A stretch of DNA of 64,000 nucleotides from Dehalococcoidia bacterium (GCA_965221705.1 OZ244908.1:2363913-2427912), one strand, 5' to 3'; positions 44,786 through 54,241 are shown, counted from the stretch's first letter. The notes: a model not told the origin generated them from the letters alone. Program-made: numbers and translations.

Positions 44786-45984
44786 CCAACATCGCCATGG
44801 CCGACGCGCGACCCTACGACTCCGACACGCTCGACCCCAGCATCACCTCGCGCATCGTCGAGGGCGTCAACGGGCTCGACATCCACATCCTCGAAGCGGG
44901 CGCGGAACCGTCGAATCGGACGCGACTGCTTCTGCTGCACGGATTCCCCGAACTCGCCTACAGCTGGCGCAGACTGATGCCGCTGCTCGCCGACGCCGGC
45001 TGTCACGTCGTCGCGCCAGACCAACGCGGCTACGGACGCACCACCGGTTGGTCGGCCAACTACGACGACTCGCTGCTCCCCTTCGGCATGCTCAATCTCA
45101 CACGCGACGCGGTGGGACTCGTCAGCGCGCTGGGCTGGGACACCGTCGACGGCGTCGTTGGACACGACTTCGGCTCGCCAGTCGCCGCCTACTGCGCGCT
45201 GATTCGTCCCGACATCTTCCGCTCCGCCGTGATGATGAGCGGACCCTTCACCGGCCCGCCGTCGTTGCCCGCTGGCGAGCATCGAGGCTCGGGCGCTGCC
45301 GGCTCGGCCAGCATCGCCGACGACCTCGCCCAACTCGACCGGCCGCGCAAGCACTATCAGCTCTACTACTGCACGCGACCCGCCAACGACGACATGACCA
45401 ACGCGCCGCAGGGCGTCCACGACTTTCTCCGCGCCTACTACCACCACAAGAGCGCCGACTGGACCGCCAATCGGCCGCATCCCCTCGACGGCTGGACCGC
45501 CTCCGAACTGGCCAAGCTGCCGACCTACTACGTCATGGATCTCGACGAAGACATGCCATCCACCGTCGCGCATGAGATGCCCTCGGCCGACGAGATCGCC
45601 AACTGCGCCTGGCTCACCGACGCCGAGCTCGCCGTCTACGCCGCCGAGTACGAGCGCAACGGATTCCAGGGCGGCCTCAACTGGTACCGCGCGACCCGCG
45701 ATCCCGACTGCCTCGCCCAACTCCAACTCTTCCACGGACGCGCCATCGACGTGTCCACCGCCTTCATCGCCGGCGCGTCCGACTGGGGCGTCTACCAATC
45801 GCCGGGCGCGTTCGATCGCATGCCCGAAGCGGCCTGCACTGACATGCGCGTGCGACATCTCATCGACGGCGCCGGCCACTGGGTCCAACAGGAACAGCCG
45901 CAGGCGGTCGCCGAACAGCTGCTGAGCGTTCTCGCCGCGGCCGGTGCGCCGCCTGGTTCGGCTGGTAGCGCTGGCGCTGAATGA
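44782..45984 (+). CDS. Alpha/beta hydrolase, epoxide-hydrolase/haloalkane-dehalogenase-like (Asp nucleophile)
   Basis: LLLHGFPELAYSWRRLM (HGxP oxyanion motif), VVGHDFGSPVA (nucleophile elbow with Asp), C-terminal GAGHWVQQEQP. GTG overlaps the upstream stop (GTGA). Confidence 0.75.
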   Translation: MTNIAMADARPYDSDTLDPSITSRIVEGVNGLDIHILEAGAEPSNRTRLLLLHGFPELAYSWRRLMPLLADAGCHVVAPDQRGYGRTTGWSANYDDSLLPFGMLNLTRDAVGLVSALGWDTVDGVVGHDFGSPVAAYCALIRPDIFRSAVMMSGPFTGPPSLPAGEHRGSGAAGSASIADDLAQLDRPRKHYQLYYCTRPANDDMTNAPQGVHDFLRAYYHHKSADWTANRPHPLDGWTASELAKLPTYYVMDLDEDMPSTVAHEMPSADEIANCAWLTDAELAVYAAEYERNGFQGGLNWYRATRDPDCLAQLQLFHGRAIDVSTAFIAGASDWGVYQSPGAFDRMPEAACTDMRVRHLIDGAGHWVQQEQPQAVAEQLLSVLAAAGAPPGSAGSAGAE

Positions 45985-46946
45985 AGGCGGTCACCTACGA
46001 CCGTTACGGCTCCGCGGAACAACTCATCGTTCGCGAGATAGATCGACCCTCGCCTGGCCCCAACGAGGTATTGGTCAAGGTCGTCGCCAGCTCCGTGAAC
46101 TCCTGGGACTGGCATCTCTTGACCGGCGCCTTCTTCGAACGCCTCATGCATGGCGCCGTTCGACCCCGATACCCCGTTCTCGGTTCAGAGATCGCCGGAG
46201 TCGTCGACGCGGTCGGCGACGGTGTGACGACCTTCAGCGTTGGCGACGAAGTGTTCGGCGACCTCAGCGCCTGCGGCTGGGGAGGATTCGCTCAGTTCGC
46301 GGTAGCGCGGGCAGACGCGTTGGCGCGCAAGCCGCCTGAGATCAGCTTTGAGCATGCCGCGACTCTGCCGCAGAGCGGCCTGCTCGCACTGCATTGTCTG
46401 CGCGAGCGTTGGCCAATTCGCCCAGAAGACCGCATCCTGATCAACGGCGGCGGCGGCGCTGCTGGGACAATGGCGCTGCAGATCGCCAAGTACTTCGGCG
46501 CGCATGTGACCTGCGTCGACCGCTACAGCAAGCTGGGCCTGCTGGAGTCGCTCGGAGCCGATCGAGTCATCGACTACCGACGTGAGAACTACACGCGCAC
46601 TGGCGACCGCTACAACCTGATTCTGGATGTCGCCGCGCATCACGGCATTACCGCCGTTAGTCGCGCGCTCGAGTCGGACGGCCTGTACGTGATGACCGGC
46701 GGCCCGGTGTTGCGAATCCTGCAGTTCGGTCTCGTCACGCCGATCGCAAACCGACTCGAGCGACGCACCTACCTGATCAAGACGCACAGCTTCAATCGCG
46801 ACGACCTCGCGTGGCTCACCGACCGCGTTTCAGCCGGCGACCTGACGCCCGCCATCGACCGCACGTTTCAGCTCGACGAGACAGCCTCGGCGCTGCGCTA
46901 CTTGGACTCGGGCGAGGTGAAGGGCAAACTGGTCATTCTGCACTAA
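45981..46946 (+). CDS. Medium-chain (zinc-type/quinone oxidoreductase-like) NAD(P)-dependent dehydrogenase
   Basis: GPNEVLVKVVASSVN..D......GSEIAGVV...ILINGGGGAAGTMALQIAK...GKLVI. ATG overlaps the upstream stop (ATGA). Confidence 0.82.
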   Translation: MKAVTYDRYGSAEQLIVREIDRPSPGPNEVLVKVVASSVNSWDWHLLTGAFFERLMHGAVRPRYPVLGSEIAGVVDAVGDGVTTFSVGDEVFGDLSACGWGGFAQFAVARADALARKPPEISFEHAATLPQSGLLALHCLRERWPIRPEDRILINGGGGAAGTMALQIAKYFGAHVTCVDRYSKLGLLESLGADRVIDYRRENYTRTGDRYNLILDVAAHHGITAVSRALESDGLYVMTGGPVLRILQFGLVTPIANRLERRTYLIKTHSFNRDDLAWLTDRVSAGDLTPAIDRTFQLDETASALRYLDSGEVKGKLVILH

Positions 46947-48010
46947 CGCCGCAGCTGCGGCGCGACATCGCTGACAAACCGCTCGCTGCACTCCGCATAG
47001 GGATGACTCGGATCAAGCGTCGCCCCGGCAATCAGGAACCGCGTCACGCCCAGCTCAATCAGCTCGCCTAGACGCTGCACGCAGTAGTCCGGGGGACCGA
47101 AGATGCCGAAGCTGCTCGCGAACTCCTGCGTCACCTGGCCCGACTGCGTGCTCCCCGCCTGCGCGTGTTGATGCATGTCGTAACTGTCATGAATCTTGGT
47201 CAACACCTCGCGCTGCGTCTCGTTGACCGGACCGACGATCTCGCCGTACATGTTCGAAAACCGGGCAAACAGCGACAGCCCGGCCGAACCAATCGACAGC
47301 GCCACCTCCGGGTCGTCGTGCACGACCGTCGTCACATACGCGCCGAAGGAAATCTCCCCGTCAAGCCCCGCCTCGGCGCGCGCCTCGCGCGCCACGTCCA
47401 TCCCCCAACGAACGCGCTCGGGATCGCCACCGACCGCCAGACTGACCTGATCAGCGTGCCGCGCCGCCGCCGCGATCACACGCGGACCGGTCGCCGCGAC
47501 ATCGACCGGCACCTTGGGCCAGGACGATCCGATCCAGCGAATCTGGCTCGCGTCGGGCGTATGCGCCAACCCCAGCGCGTCGACGTTGCGCTCGCTGAAC
47601 TGGACCTCATCGCCGCGCAGATACCCCTGCAGCTCAGCGAGATACCGTTCGAACGCCGGCACCGCGTGCGGCGCCAACCCCAGGTGCGCCAGCGCTGAGT
47701 CGCCGCGGCCGATCCCGAGATACGCCCGCCCCCGACTTTCGGCCTGAATCGTCGCGATCGCCGACGCCGTCACCGCGGGATGTCGAGTGAATGAGTTCGT
47801 CACGCCCGTCCCTAGCTTGAGCCGCTCGGTCGCGTGCGCGGCGACGGCCAGCGCGACGTAACAGTCACTGGCCAAGTTCTGACTGTCGACATACGTGATG
47901 CCGTCATAGCCGAGTTCCTCGGCTCGGCGAGCCTGCTTGGCCGAATCAAACACGCGCGGGTCATCACTCGTCGCCCGACCGCGTCCCGAAGTCCAAAACT
48001 CAACAGCCAT
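46943..48010 (-). CDS. Luciferase-like (LLM class) flavin/F420-dependent oxidoreductase
   Basis: AEELGYDGITYVDSQN...LKLGTGVTNSFTRHPAVTASAIATIQ...GRAYLGIGRGDS is typical of the LLM TIM barrel. The cofactor (F420 or FMN) cannot be decided by eye. Confidence 0.8.
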   Translation of the reverse strand: MAVEFWTSGRGRATSDDPRVFDSAKQARRAEELGYDGITYVDSQNLASDCYVALAVAAHATERLKLGTGVTNSFTRHPAVTASAIATIQAESRGRAYLGIGRGDSALAHLGLAPHAVPAFERYLAELQGYLRGDEVQFSERNVDALGLAHTPDASQIRWIGSSWPKVPVDVAATGPRVIAAAARHADQVSLAVGGDPERVRWGMDVAREARAEAGLDGEISFGAYVTTVVHDDPEVALSIGSAGLSLFARFSNMYGEIVGPVNETQREVLTKIHDSYDMHQHAQAGSTQSGQVTQEFASSFGIFGPPDYCVQRLGELIELGVTRFLIAGATLDPSHPYAECSERFVSDVAPQLRR

Positions 48011-48122
48011 CTCGCGCCTCCGATTCCTCCGCCGAGACTAGCGCCTGAGCCTTCATCCATCCCCTTGACAGCGCCGGACCAACACCGGAACCTACCAGCA
48101 CTCAGCGAGATGGAGCGAAACA

Positions 48123-49943
48123 GTGTCAATCAGAATCTCTGACCCCACGCTGCAACACCTATTCGGTAAGCCGATCCGCTACACGATTCCTCCCTATCAG
48201 CGCCGCTATCGCTGGACAGAGGAGCCTCAGTGGCAGCCGCTCTGGGACGATGTTGAGGAGCTTGCCAACGACTGGCTCGCAAATCCAAACCAGGCCACGC
48301 ACGATCCGCACTTCTGCGGCGCCATCGTCCTCCGACCGCACCAGAACGCCACCAAAGAACCCGAAAACCGCGAAGTCATCGATGGACAACAACGTCTGAC
48401 CACCATGCAAGTGCTGCTCGACGCCGCCCAGGAAGTGTTTCAAGAACACTCCGCCATGCACGCGTCGCTGCTCGCCCATCTGATCCTCAACGACGACATC
48501 TACACCGAGACCGATCGAGATTTCCGTTTCAAAGTCTGGCCCAGCCGCTACGACCGCGAAGCCTTTCGCGCCGTCATGGACGATCAGTCGCCGACCGAGG
48601 GTTACGAAGACTCACGTATCTTCCTGGCCCACCAGTTCTTCCGCAAAGAGATTGCAGACTGGATCGAATTGGTCGAAGGCGAAGCCGAACGCGTGCAACG
48701 CTGCGAAGCGTTGACGTCGGTGCTCACGCAGCGACTCCAGTTCGTTGAGATCGTCGTAGAGAGCAGCGGCATCGCCAATGAGATATTCGAGACCCTCAAC
48801 GCGCGCGGCACCCCGTTGCAAGCCTGGGACCTGGTCAAGAACTATCTCTACGAACGCGCCGGCAACTCCCCCGACTTCGAGGACTGGTTCGATGACGAAA
48901 TGGTCAAGTTCGACACTGAGTGGTGGCAGGACGAAAGCGGATCCGGCCGTAACGCGCGTTCGAACGTCGACCTCTTCCTCAACCACTTCCTCGTGCTCAG
49001 GACCACGAAGGAGGTGAAGGGACGCACCGCCAACGATGTCCACCGAGCGTTCAGCGCCTACATGAAGGAGCCTGACCTCGACGCCGAAAAGTCCGCCCGA
49101 GGCGTCGGCTCTGACTTCTCGCGGCTCGGCGAGGTCTACCGCGGCATCACCCAGGCTCAGCGATCCGACCCGCACGGGAACTTCCTGCACAGTTGGCGCG
49201 TTCAGGGCAACAACTCACTGGCGCCGGTCATCCTCTGGCTCTGGTCCAGCGGCGCGCCCGACGACGAGCTCGACCTGGCCGTGCGGGCTCTGGACAGCTA
49301 CTTCGGCCGCCGACTCGTCTGCCAGGCTGTGAGCAAGGACTATCGAGAGTTGACCATCGGCCTCTTGGGAGCGCTCAACGAGTCCGGCCCGTCTAGCGTC
49401 GGCGACGTCACAAAGCGTTACCTGCGAGAGCGCGCCGAGAACGTCGAGACACTTCGCTGGCCCTCGGACGACGAGATACGCTTCGTGCTCCAGAATCGGC
49501 AGATGTACGGCAAGCTCACCGCCCCGCGCGTACAACTGATACTGGAGTCGATCGAGCGGCAACTGCGTCTCGAAGCCCGAGTCTCCGAGCCGCTGCCGGA
49601 ACAGTCGCGCTCAATCGAACACGTCATGCCGCAAAAATGGCAAGCCTACTGGCAGGCGCCGTCACCGCAAGACCAAACCGAAGACGAAACGGCGACCCAG
49701 CGCCGCAACCGACTCCTGCACACGATCGGCAACCTCACGCTCGTCAACTCGCGGCTCAACTCGAAGCTCAGGCACGGCCCCTGGGATCAGAAGCGCGAGC
49801 TGCTCAAAGAGCACAGCAAGCTCTACCTCAGCAATGACCTGATCGACCACGACGATCCATGGGACGAATCGGCGATCATCGAACGCAGCCGCAAGCACGC
49901 CGAAGTGCTGATCCGCGTCTGGCCCACGCCCGACCGGTTGTAG
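48123..49943 (+). CDS. GmrSD-type type IV (modification-dependent) restriction endonuclease-like protein: DUF262 N-terminal domain plus DUF1524 His-Me finger C-terminal domain
   Basis: IPPYQRRYRWTEEPQWQPLWDDV and IDGQQRLTTMQVLL (DUF262/ParB-like NTPase motifs). SIEHVMPQKW...HTIGNLTLVNSRLNSKLRHGPWDQKR (DUF1524 nuclease motifs). GTG start follows GGAG. Confidence 0.8.
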   Translation: MSIRISDPTLQHLFGKPIRYTIPPYQRRYRWTEEPQWQPLWDDVEELANDWLANPNQATHDPHFCGAIVLRPHQNATKEPENREVIDGQQRLTTMQVLLDAAQEVFQEHSAMHASLLAHLILNDDIYTETDRDFRFKVWPSRYDREAFRAVMDDQSPTEGYEDSRIFLAHQFFRKEIADWIELVEGEAERVQRCEALTSVLTQRLQFVEIVVESSGIANEIFETLNARGTPLQAWDLVKNYLYERAGNSPDFEDWFDDEMVKFDTEWWQDESGSGRNARSNVDLFLNHFLVLRTTKEVKGRTANDVHRAFSAYMKEPDLDAEKSARGVGSDFSRLGEVYRGITQAQRSDPHGNFLHSWRVQGNNSLAPVILWLWSSGAPDDELDLAVRALDSYFGRRLVCQAVSKDYRELTIGLLGALNESGPSSVGDVTKRYLRERAENVETLRWPSDDEIRFVLQNRQMYGKLTAPRVQLILESIERQLRLEARVSEPLPEQSRSIEHVMPQKWQAYWQAPSPQDQTEDETATQRRNRLLHTIGNLTLVNSRLNSKLRHGPWDQKRELLKEHSKLYLSNDLIDHDDPWDESAIIERSRKHAEVLIRVWPTPDRL

Positions 49944-50043
49944 CGAGCGCCCCAGCTCGCGATCATCGCGGCGCGCACTATCCTTGCCTTCGCCAGCCCG
50001 CGTCTGCTCGCTGAGTAGACTCCGGCCCGACAGGAGCTCATCG

Positions 50044-50847
50044 ATGGCCGTGCTGCACAACACCCTGCGCGACTTGCTCGACGCCGATCGCCCCACGATC
50101 GGCACGCACTTCCTCTTCAACGACCCCGACATCGCCGAGCTGATCGGCGACACCGGACAGTTCGACTACGCCGAGTACGTCGCCGAGTACTCCACGTTCG
50201 ACATGAAGACGCTCTATCACCTCGCCCGAGCGGCGCAATGCGGCAATCTGCCGCTGATGATCAAGCTCGACCAAGCCGATCAGACCTTCTGGGCCCAGGC
50301 CGCCCTCGGCGCAGGCTTCAAGGCCGTGCTCTACACCGACATCCGCACGCCCGACGACGTCGACCGCGCCCTCCAGGCGATTCGTCCCGACAAGCCCGCC
50401 ACGCTGGGCAAATTCGGCGGACACATGGGCGTCAAAACGAGACGACCAGCCCTGGCCGGCTATGCCGCCGGCGACTACGGCGCGGACCTCGACGGCATCG
50501 TCACCGTGATCATGATCGAGAAACGCGTCGCTCTCGACGACATCGACGCCATCCTCGAGCGCGCCGCCGAACTCAAGGTCGATATGACCCAGTGGGGTCC
50601 CAGCGACTACGGCTTCTCCTTCGACGAACGGCCCGACGCCGACGCCATCCGCGCCGCCGAAGAGCGCGTGATCGCCAAGTCACTCGAATACGGCGTCGCC
50701 CCGCGGATCGAGATCGGCGCAGTCGAACAGGCCCAGCACTACCTCGACCTCGGCGTGCGGCACTTCTGCATCGGCTGGGACCGATTCCTGCTCAATCAGG
50801 GCTACGCCGAACTCGGCCGCGGACTGCGTCAACTGATGGACGCCTAG
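50044..50847 (+). CDS. HpcH/HpaI-family (class II) 2-keto-3-deoxy-acid aldolase
   Basis: 268 aa from ATG 50044 (AGGAG at 50032-50036). LLDADRPTIGTHF...DYAEYVAEYS...MIKLD...VTVIMIEKRVAL is consistent with the HpcH_HpaI TIM-barrel layout. Confidence 0.75.
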   Translation: MAVLHNTLRDLLDADRPTIGTHFLFNDPDIAELIGDTGQFDYAEYVAEYSTFDMKTLYHLARAAQCGNLPLMIKLDQADQTFWAQAALGAGFKAVLYTDIRTPDDVDRALQAIRPDKPATLGKFGGHMGVKTRRPALAGYAAGDYGADLDGIVTVIMIEKRVALDDIDAILERAAELKVDMTQWGPSDYGFSFDERPDADAIRAAEERVIAKSLEYGVAPRIEIGAVEQAQHYLDLGVRHFCIGWDRFLLNQGYAELGRGLRQLMDA

Positions 50848-50855
50848 GAGCCAAC

Positions 50856-51875
50856 ATGGTCACCAACAACTTCGACTGGCTGGCGACCAACGTCGAGCCC
50901 GCCGTCGATCCCAACCAGAAGATCATCGATCCGCACCATCATCTCTGGGATGCGCGCCCCGATGGTCCGCGCCTGCGTTACTTCCTCGACGAACTGCTCG
51001 AAGACACCGCTGATCTCAACGTGCGCCAGACCGTGTTCATCGAGTGCGGGGCGATGTACAACAGCGACGCGAGCGCTTCCATGGCGCCAGTCGGCGAAAC
51101 CGAATACGTCGCCGGCGTCGCCGCGCAAAGCGCCAGCGGACTCTATGGCGACATCCGAGCCTGCACAGGCATCGTCGGACACGCCAATCTGACGCTCGGC
51201 GCGGCCGTCGGCGACGTGCTCGATGCGCACATGGCGACCAGCCCGCGCTTCCGCGGCATTCGTCATCACGCCAGCTGGGACGCCGCGCCCGACGTGCCCA
51301 ACTCGCGCCTTGAGCCGGGTCCGCACATCTACCTCAATGAGACGTATCGCGAAGGATTCGCCGAACTCGGCAAGCGCGGACTCAGCTTCGAGGCCTGGCT
51401 CTACCATCCCCAGATTCCCGAGTTGACCGATCTCGCTCGCGCCTTCCCCGAGACCACCATCATCCTCAATCACCTCGGCGGACCGCTCGGCATCGGTCCC
51501 TACGCCGGACGCCACGACGACGTCTTCGCTGATTGGCGAGAATCCATCACCGAGCTCGCCGCCTGTGACAACGTCGTCGCCAAGGTCGGCGGCATCCAGA
51601 TGGCGATCAATGGCTTCGGCTGGCACGAACGCGAACGAGCGCCAAGCTCCGACGAGCTGCTCGACGCCAATCGCCGTTGGTACGAACACACGATTCAGTC
51701 CTTCGGACCAGCCCGCTGCATGTTCGAAAGCAACTTTCCCGTCGACAAGGTCTCATGCAGCTACACCAACATGTACAACCAGTTCTTCAAGCTCGTCGCC
51801 GACTTCCCCGCCGATGAGCGCGATCAACTGTTCCACGACACCGCGATGCGCGTCTACCGGCTAGATCAGCACTAA
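50856..51875 (+). CDS. Amidohydrolase_2 family protein (lactonase/decarboxylase-type metal hydrolase)
   Basis: IIDPHHHLWD...FIECG...LNHLGGP...KVGG...FESNFPVD is typical of the family that contains fuconolactonase and LigI. ATG 50856 follows AGGAG. The track ORF from 50238 is an out-of-context extension across the aldolase gene. Confidence 0.8.
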   Translation: MVTNNFDWLATNVEPAVDPNQKIIDPHHHLWDARPDGPRLRYFLDELLEDTADLNVRQTVFIECGAMYNSDASASMAPVGETEYVAGVAAQSASGLYGDIRACTGIVGHANLTLGAAVGDVLDAHMATSPRFRGIRHHASWDAAPDVPNSRLEPGPHIYLNETYREGFAELGKRGLSFEAWLYHPQIPELTDLARAFPETTIILNHLGGPLGIGPYAGRHDDVFADWRESITELAACDNVVAKVGGIQMAINGFGWHERERAPSSDELLDANRRWYEHTIQSFGPARCMFESNFPVDKVSCSYTNMYNQFFKLVADFPADERDQLFHDTAMRVYRLDQH

Positions 51876-51921
51876 CCGCACTTCGAGAGCACGCAACGCA
51901 GAACACCAGAAAGCGCCAATC

Positions 51922-52881
51922 ATGCCCACCATCGTCCAGGCGGTCCCGATCGAAGACGAACTACACGACATGCTCGCCGACGCCGGCGATGTTCGCGTCG
52001 TCGACGGCGGCGATCGCGGCGCGTTCATCGAGGCCGTCAAGGACGCCGATGGCGTCTTACTCAGTCCGTTGGTCACGATCGACCAGCAGGTCGTCGACCT
52101 CGCGCCCAACCTCAAAGTGGTCGCTACGACCTCCGTTGGCTTCGACGCCTTCGACGTCCCCTTCCTGACCGGCAACGGCATCGCGCTCTGCAACACGCCC
52201 GGCGTACTCAGCGCCGCCGTCGCCGATCTCACCATGGCGATGCTGCTGATGCTCTCGCGGCGCCTGATGGAGTTCGAGGCCTATTCGCGCTCAGGCGGTT
52301 GGGGTCGACGCGAGCCCTATCCCGCCCTCGCTCACGATCCGCTCGACAAGACGATCGGCGTCGTCGGCTTCGGACGCATCGGCCGAGAGGTCGCGCGACG
52401 CGCTGTCTTCGCCGGCATGAGGGTCCTCTGGTACGACATCTTCGACGAGGCCCCCGCCGACGCGCCGCCGGCCCTGAAGCGCACCCTCGACGAGCTGCTC
52501 GCCGAGTCCGACTTCGTCAGCGTCCACACCGACCTCAATCAGTCCTCGCGTCACATGATCGGCGCGCGCGAGCTCGCGCTCATGAAGCCGACCGCCTATC
52601 TGATCAACACCTCTCGCGGACCCGCCGTCGACCAGGTCGCGCTGCACGACGCGCTCGTGTCCGGCCAGATCGCCGGCGCCGGCCTCGATGTCCTCGAACA
52701 AGAACCGCCCGACCCGGACGAGCCGATCGTCAAACTGCCCAACGTGATCACCTTCCCACACATCGGCACGGCGACCGAAGAGACCCGCTACGCGATGCGC
52801 GCCCTCGCAACGCGCAACGTGGTCAACATCCTCAGCGGCAACCGACCCGAAGCGATCGTCAATCCCGAAGTGCTCGGCTAG
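51922..52881 (+). CDS. D-isomer-specific 2-hydroxyacid dehydrogenase (glyoxylate/hydroxypyruvate reductase-like)
   Basis: TIGVVGFGRIGREVARR (NAD fold)...INTSRGPAVD...LDVLEQEP...TFPHIG. Confidence 0.9.
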   Translation: MPTIVQAVPIEDELHDMLADAGDVRVVDGGDRGAFIEAVKDADGVLLSPLVTIDQQVVDLAPNLKVVATTSVGFDAFDVPFLTGNGIALCNTPGVLSAAVADLTMAMLLMLSRRLMEFEAYSRSGGWGRREPYPALAHDPLDKTIGVVGFGRIGREVARRAVFAGMRVLWYDIFDEAPADAPPALKRTLDELLAESDFVSVHTDLNQSSRHMIGARELALMKPTAYLINTSRGPAVDQVALHDALVSGQIAGAGLDVLEQEPPDPDEPIVKLPNVITFPHIGTATEETRYAMRALATRNVVNILSGNRPEAIVNPEVLG

Positions 52882-52939
52882 CCGACGCTATCCTCAAGCC
52901 ATAGGCCCGCTCACACGCATCAGAACGGACGGCGCAACC

Positions 52940-54199
52940 ATGTCCTGGCGACCCAAGCGCATGCGATTCGGACTCTTCCTCGCTCCATTCCACTACGTCG
53001 GCGAACACCCCACGCTCGCGCTGCAGCGCGACGTCGAGCTGATCGAACACCTCGACGCTCTCGGCTACGACGAAGCCTGGATCGGCGAGCACCACTCCTT
53101 CGGCCGCGAGATCATCTCCAATCCGATGATCTTCATCGCCGCACTCGCCGAACGCACTAAGCACATCAAGCTCGGCACCGGCGTCGTCTCGCTGCCCTAC
53201 CACAATCCCCTGATGATCGCCGACGACCTGCTCCAGCTCGACCACATGACCCGCGGTCGCGTGATGCTCGGCGTCGGACCCGGCGCGCTCACCTCCGACG
53301 CCGTGCAGATGGGCATCGAACCGACCACCCAACGCGCCCGCATGGCCGAGTCGCTCGACGCCATCATGGCGCTCGCCCGCAGCGACGAACCTGTCTCGAT
53401 GGAGACCGACTGGTTCTCGCTCACCGAAGCGCGTCTGCAGATGGCCTGGTACTCCGACCCGCATCCCGAAGTCGCCGTCGCCGTCATCCTCACCCCAGCC
53501 GGACCGCAGCTCGCCGGCAAGCACGGCGCAAGCCTGCTCTCCGTCGCCGGCGCCGACTCCGACGGCATGCGCAACGTCTGGCAGTGGTACGAAGAGGCCG
53601 CCGCCGAGAACGGACACGAGGTCTCGCGCAAGAACTGGCGCGTCGTCACCGCGATCCACGTCGCCGAGTCCCGCGCGCAAGCCATCGAAGATGTGCGCGA
53701 AGGCTTCCTCAAGCGCGCCTACGTCGGCGATGTCCGCGATCCCGGACGTCGCGGCGGCATCGTCCTGCAGATGGCCAAGACCATCGAAGAGGCGATCGAC
53801 AAGAACCAGGTCATCGTCGGCTCGCCCGAGGACGCCGTCGAACAGATCGAAGCGCTGCACGACCGCTCCGGCGGCATCGGCGGACTGCTCGGCATGCATC
53901 ACGAGTGGGCGTCGACCGAGGCGACCAAGCGCAGCTTCGAACTGCTCATGCGCTACGTCGCGCCCAGATACCAGGGCCAGCTCGACCGCATCGTCGCCTC
54001 GCGCGACTTTGTCGAAGATCGGCAGCTCGATATCTTCGGCGCCGGCAACAAGGCGATGGTCAAGGCCTTCGCCGACGCCGGTAAAGAGCTGCCCGAGGCC
54101 TTCCGCCAGGCCGCTGAAGCCGCCGCGTCCAACGGCGCCGCCAACGGAACCGCTGATCAGGCAGAAGCCGAAGCAGAGGCCGAGCCTGTCGCCGACTAG
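52940..54199 (+). CDS. Luciferase-like (LLM class) flavin-dependent monooxygenase with an Ala/Glu-rich C-terminal tail
   Basis: MRFGLFLAPFH...LGYDEAWIGEHHS...IKLGTGVVSLPYHNPLMIADDLLQLDHMTRGRVMLGVGPG. Confidence 0.8.
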   Translation: MSWRPKRMRFGLFLAPFHYVGEHPTLALQRDVELIEHLDALGYDEAWIGEHHSFGREIISNPMIFIAALAERTKHIKLGTGVVSLPYHNPLMIADDLLQLDHMTRGRVMLGVGPGALTSDAVQMGIEPTTQRARMAESLDAIMALARSDEPVSMETDWFSLTEARLQMAWYSDPHPEVAVAVILTPAGPQLAGKHGASLLSVAGADSDGMRNVWQWYEEAAAENGHEVSRKNWRVVTAIHVAESRAQAIEDVREGFLKRAYVGDVRDPGRRGGIVLQMAKTIEEAIDKNQVIVGSPEDAVEQIEALHDRSGGIGGLLGMHHEWASTEATKRSFELLMRYVAPRYQGQLDRIVASRDFVEDRQLDIFGAGNKAMVKAFADAGKELPEAFRQAAEAAASNGAANGTADQAEAEAEAEPVAD

Positions 54200-54241
54200 C
54201 CGCGCGCTTCCCTGAGCGAGCCTCCCTGAGCGGGCATTGCT

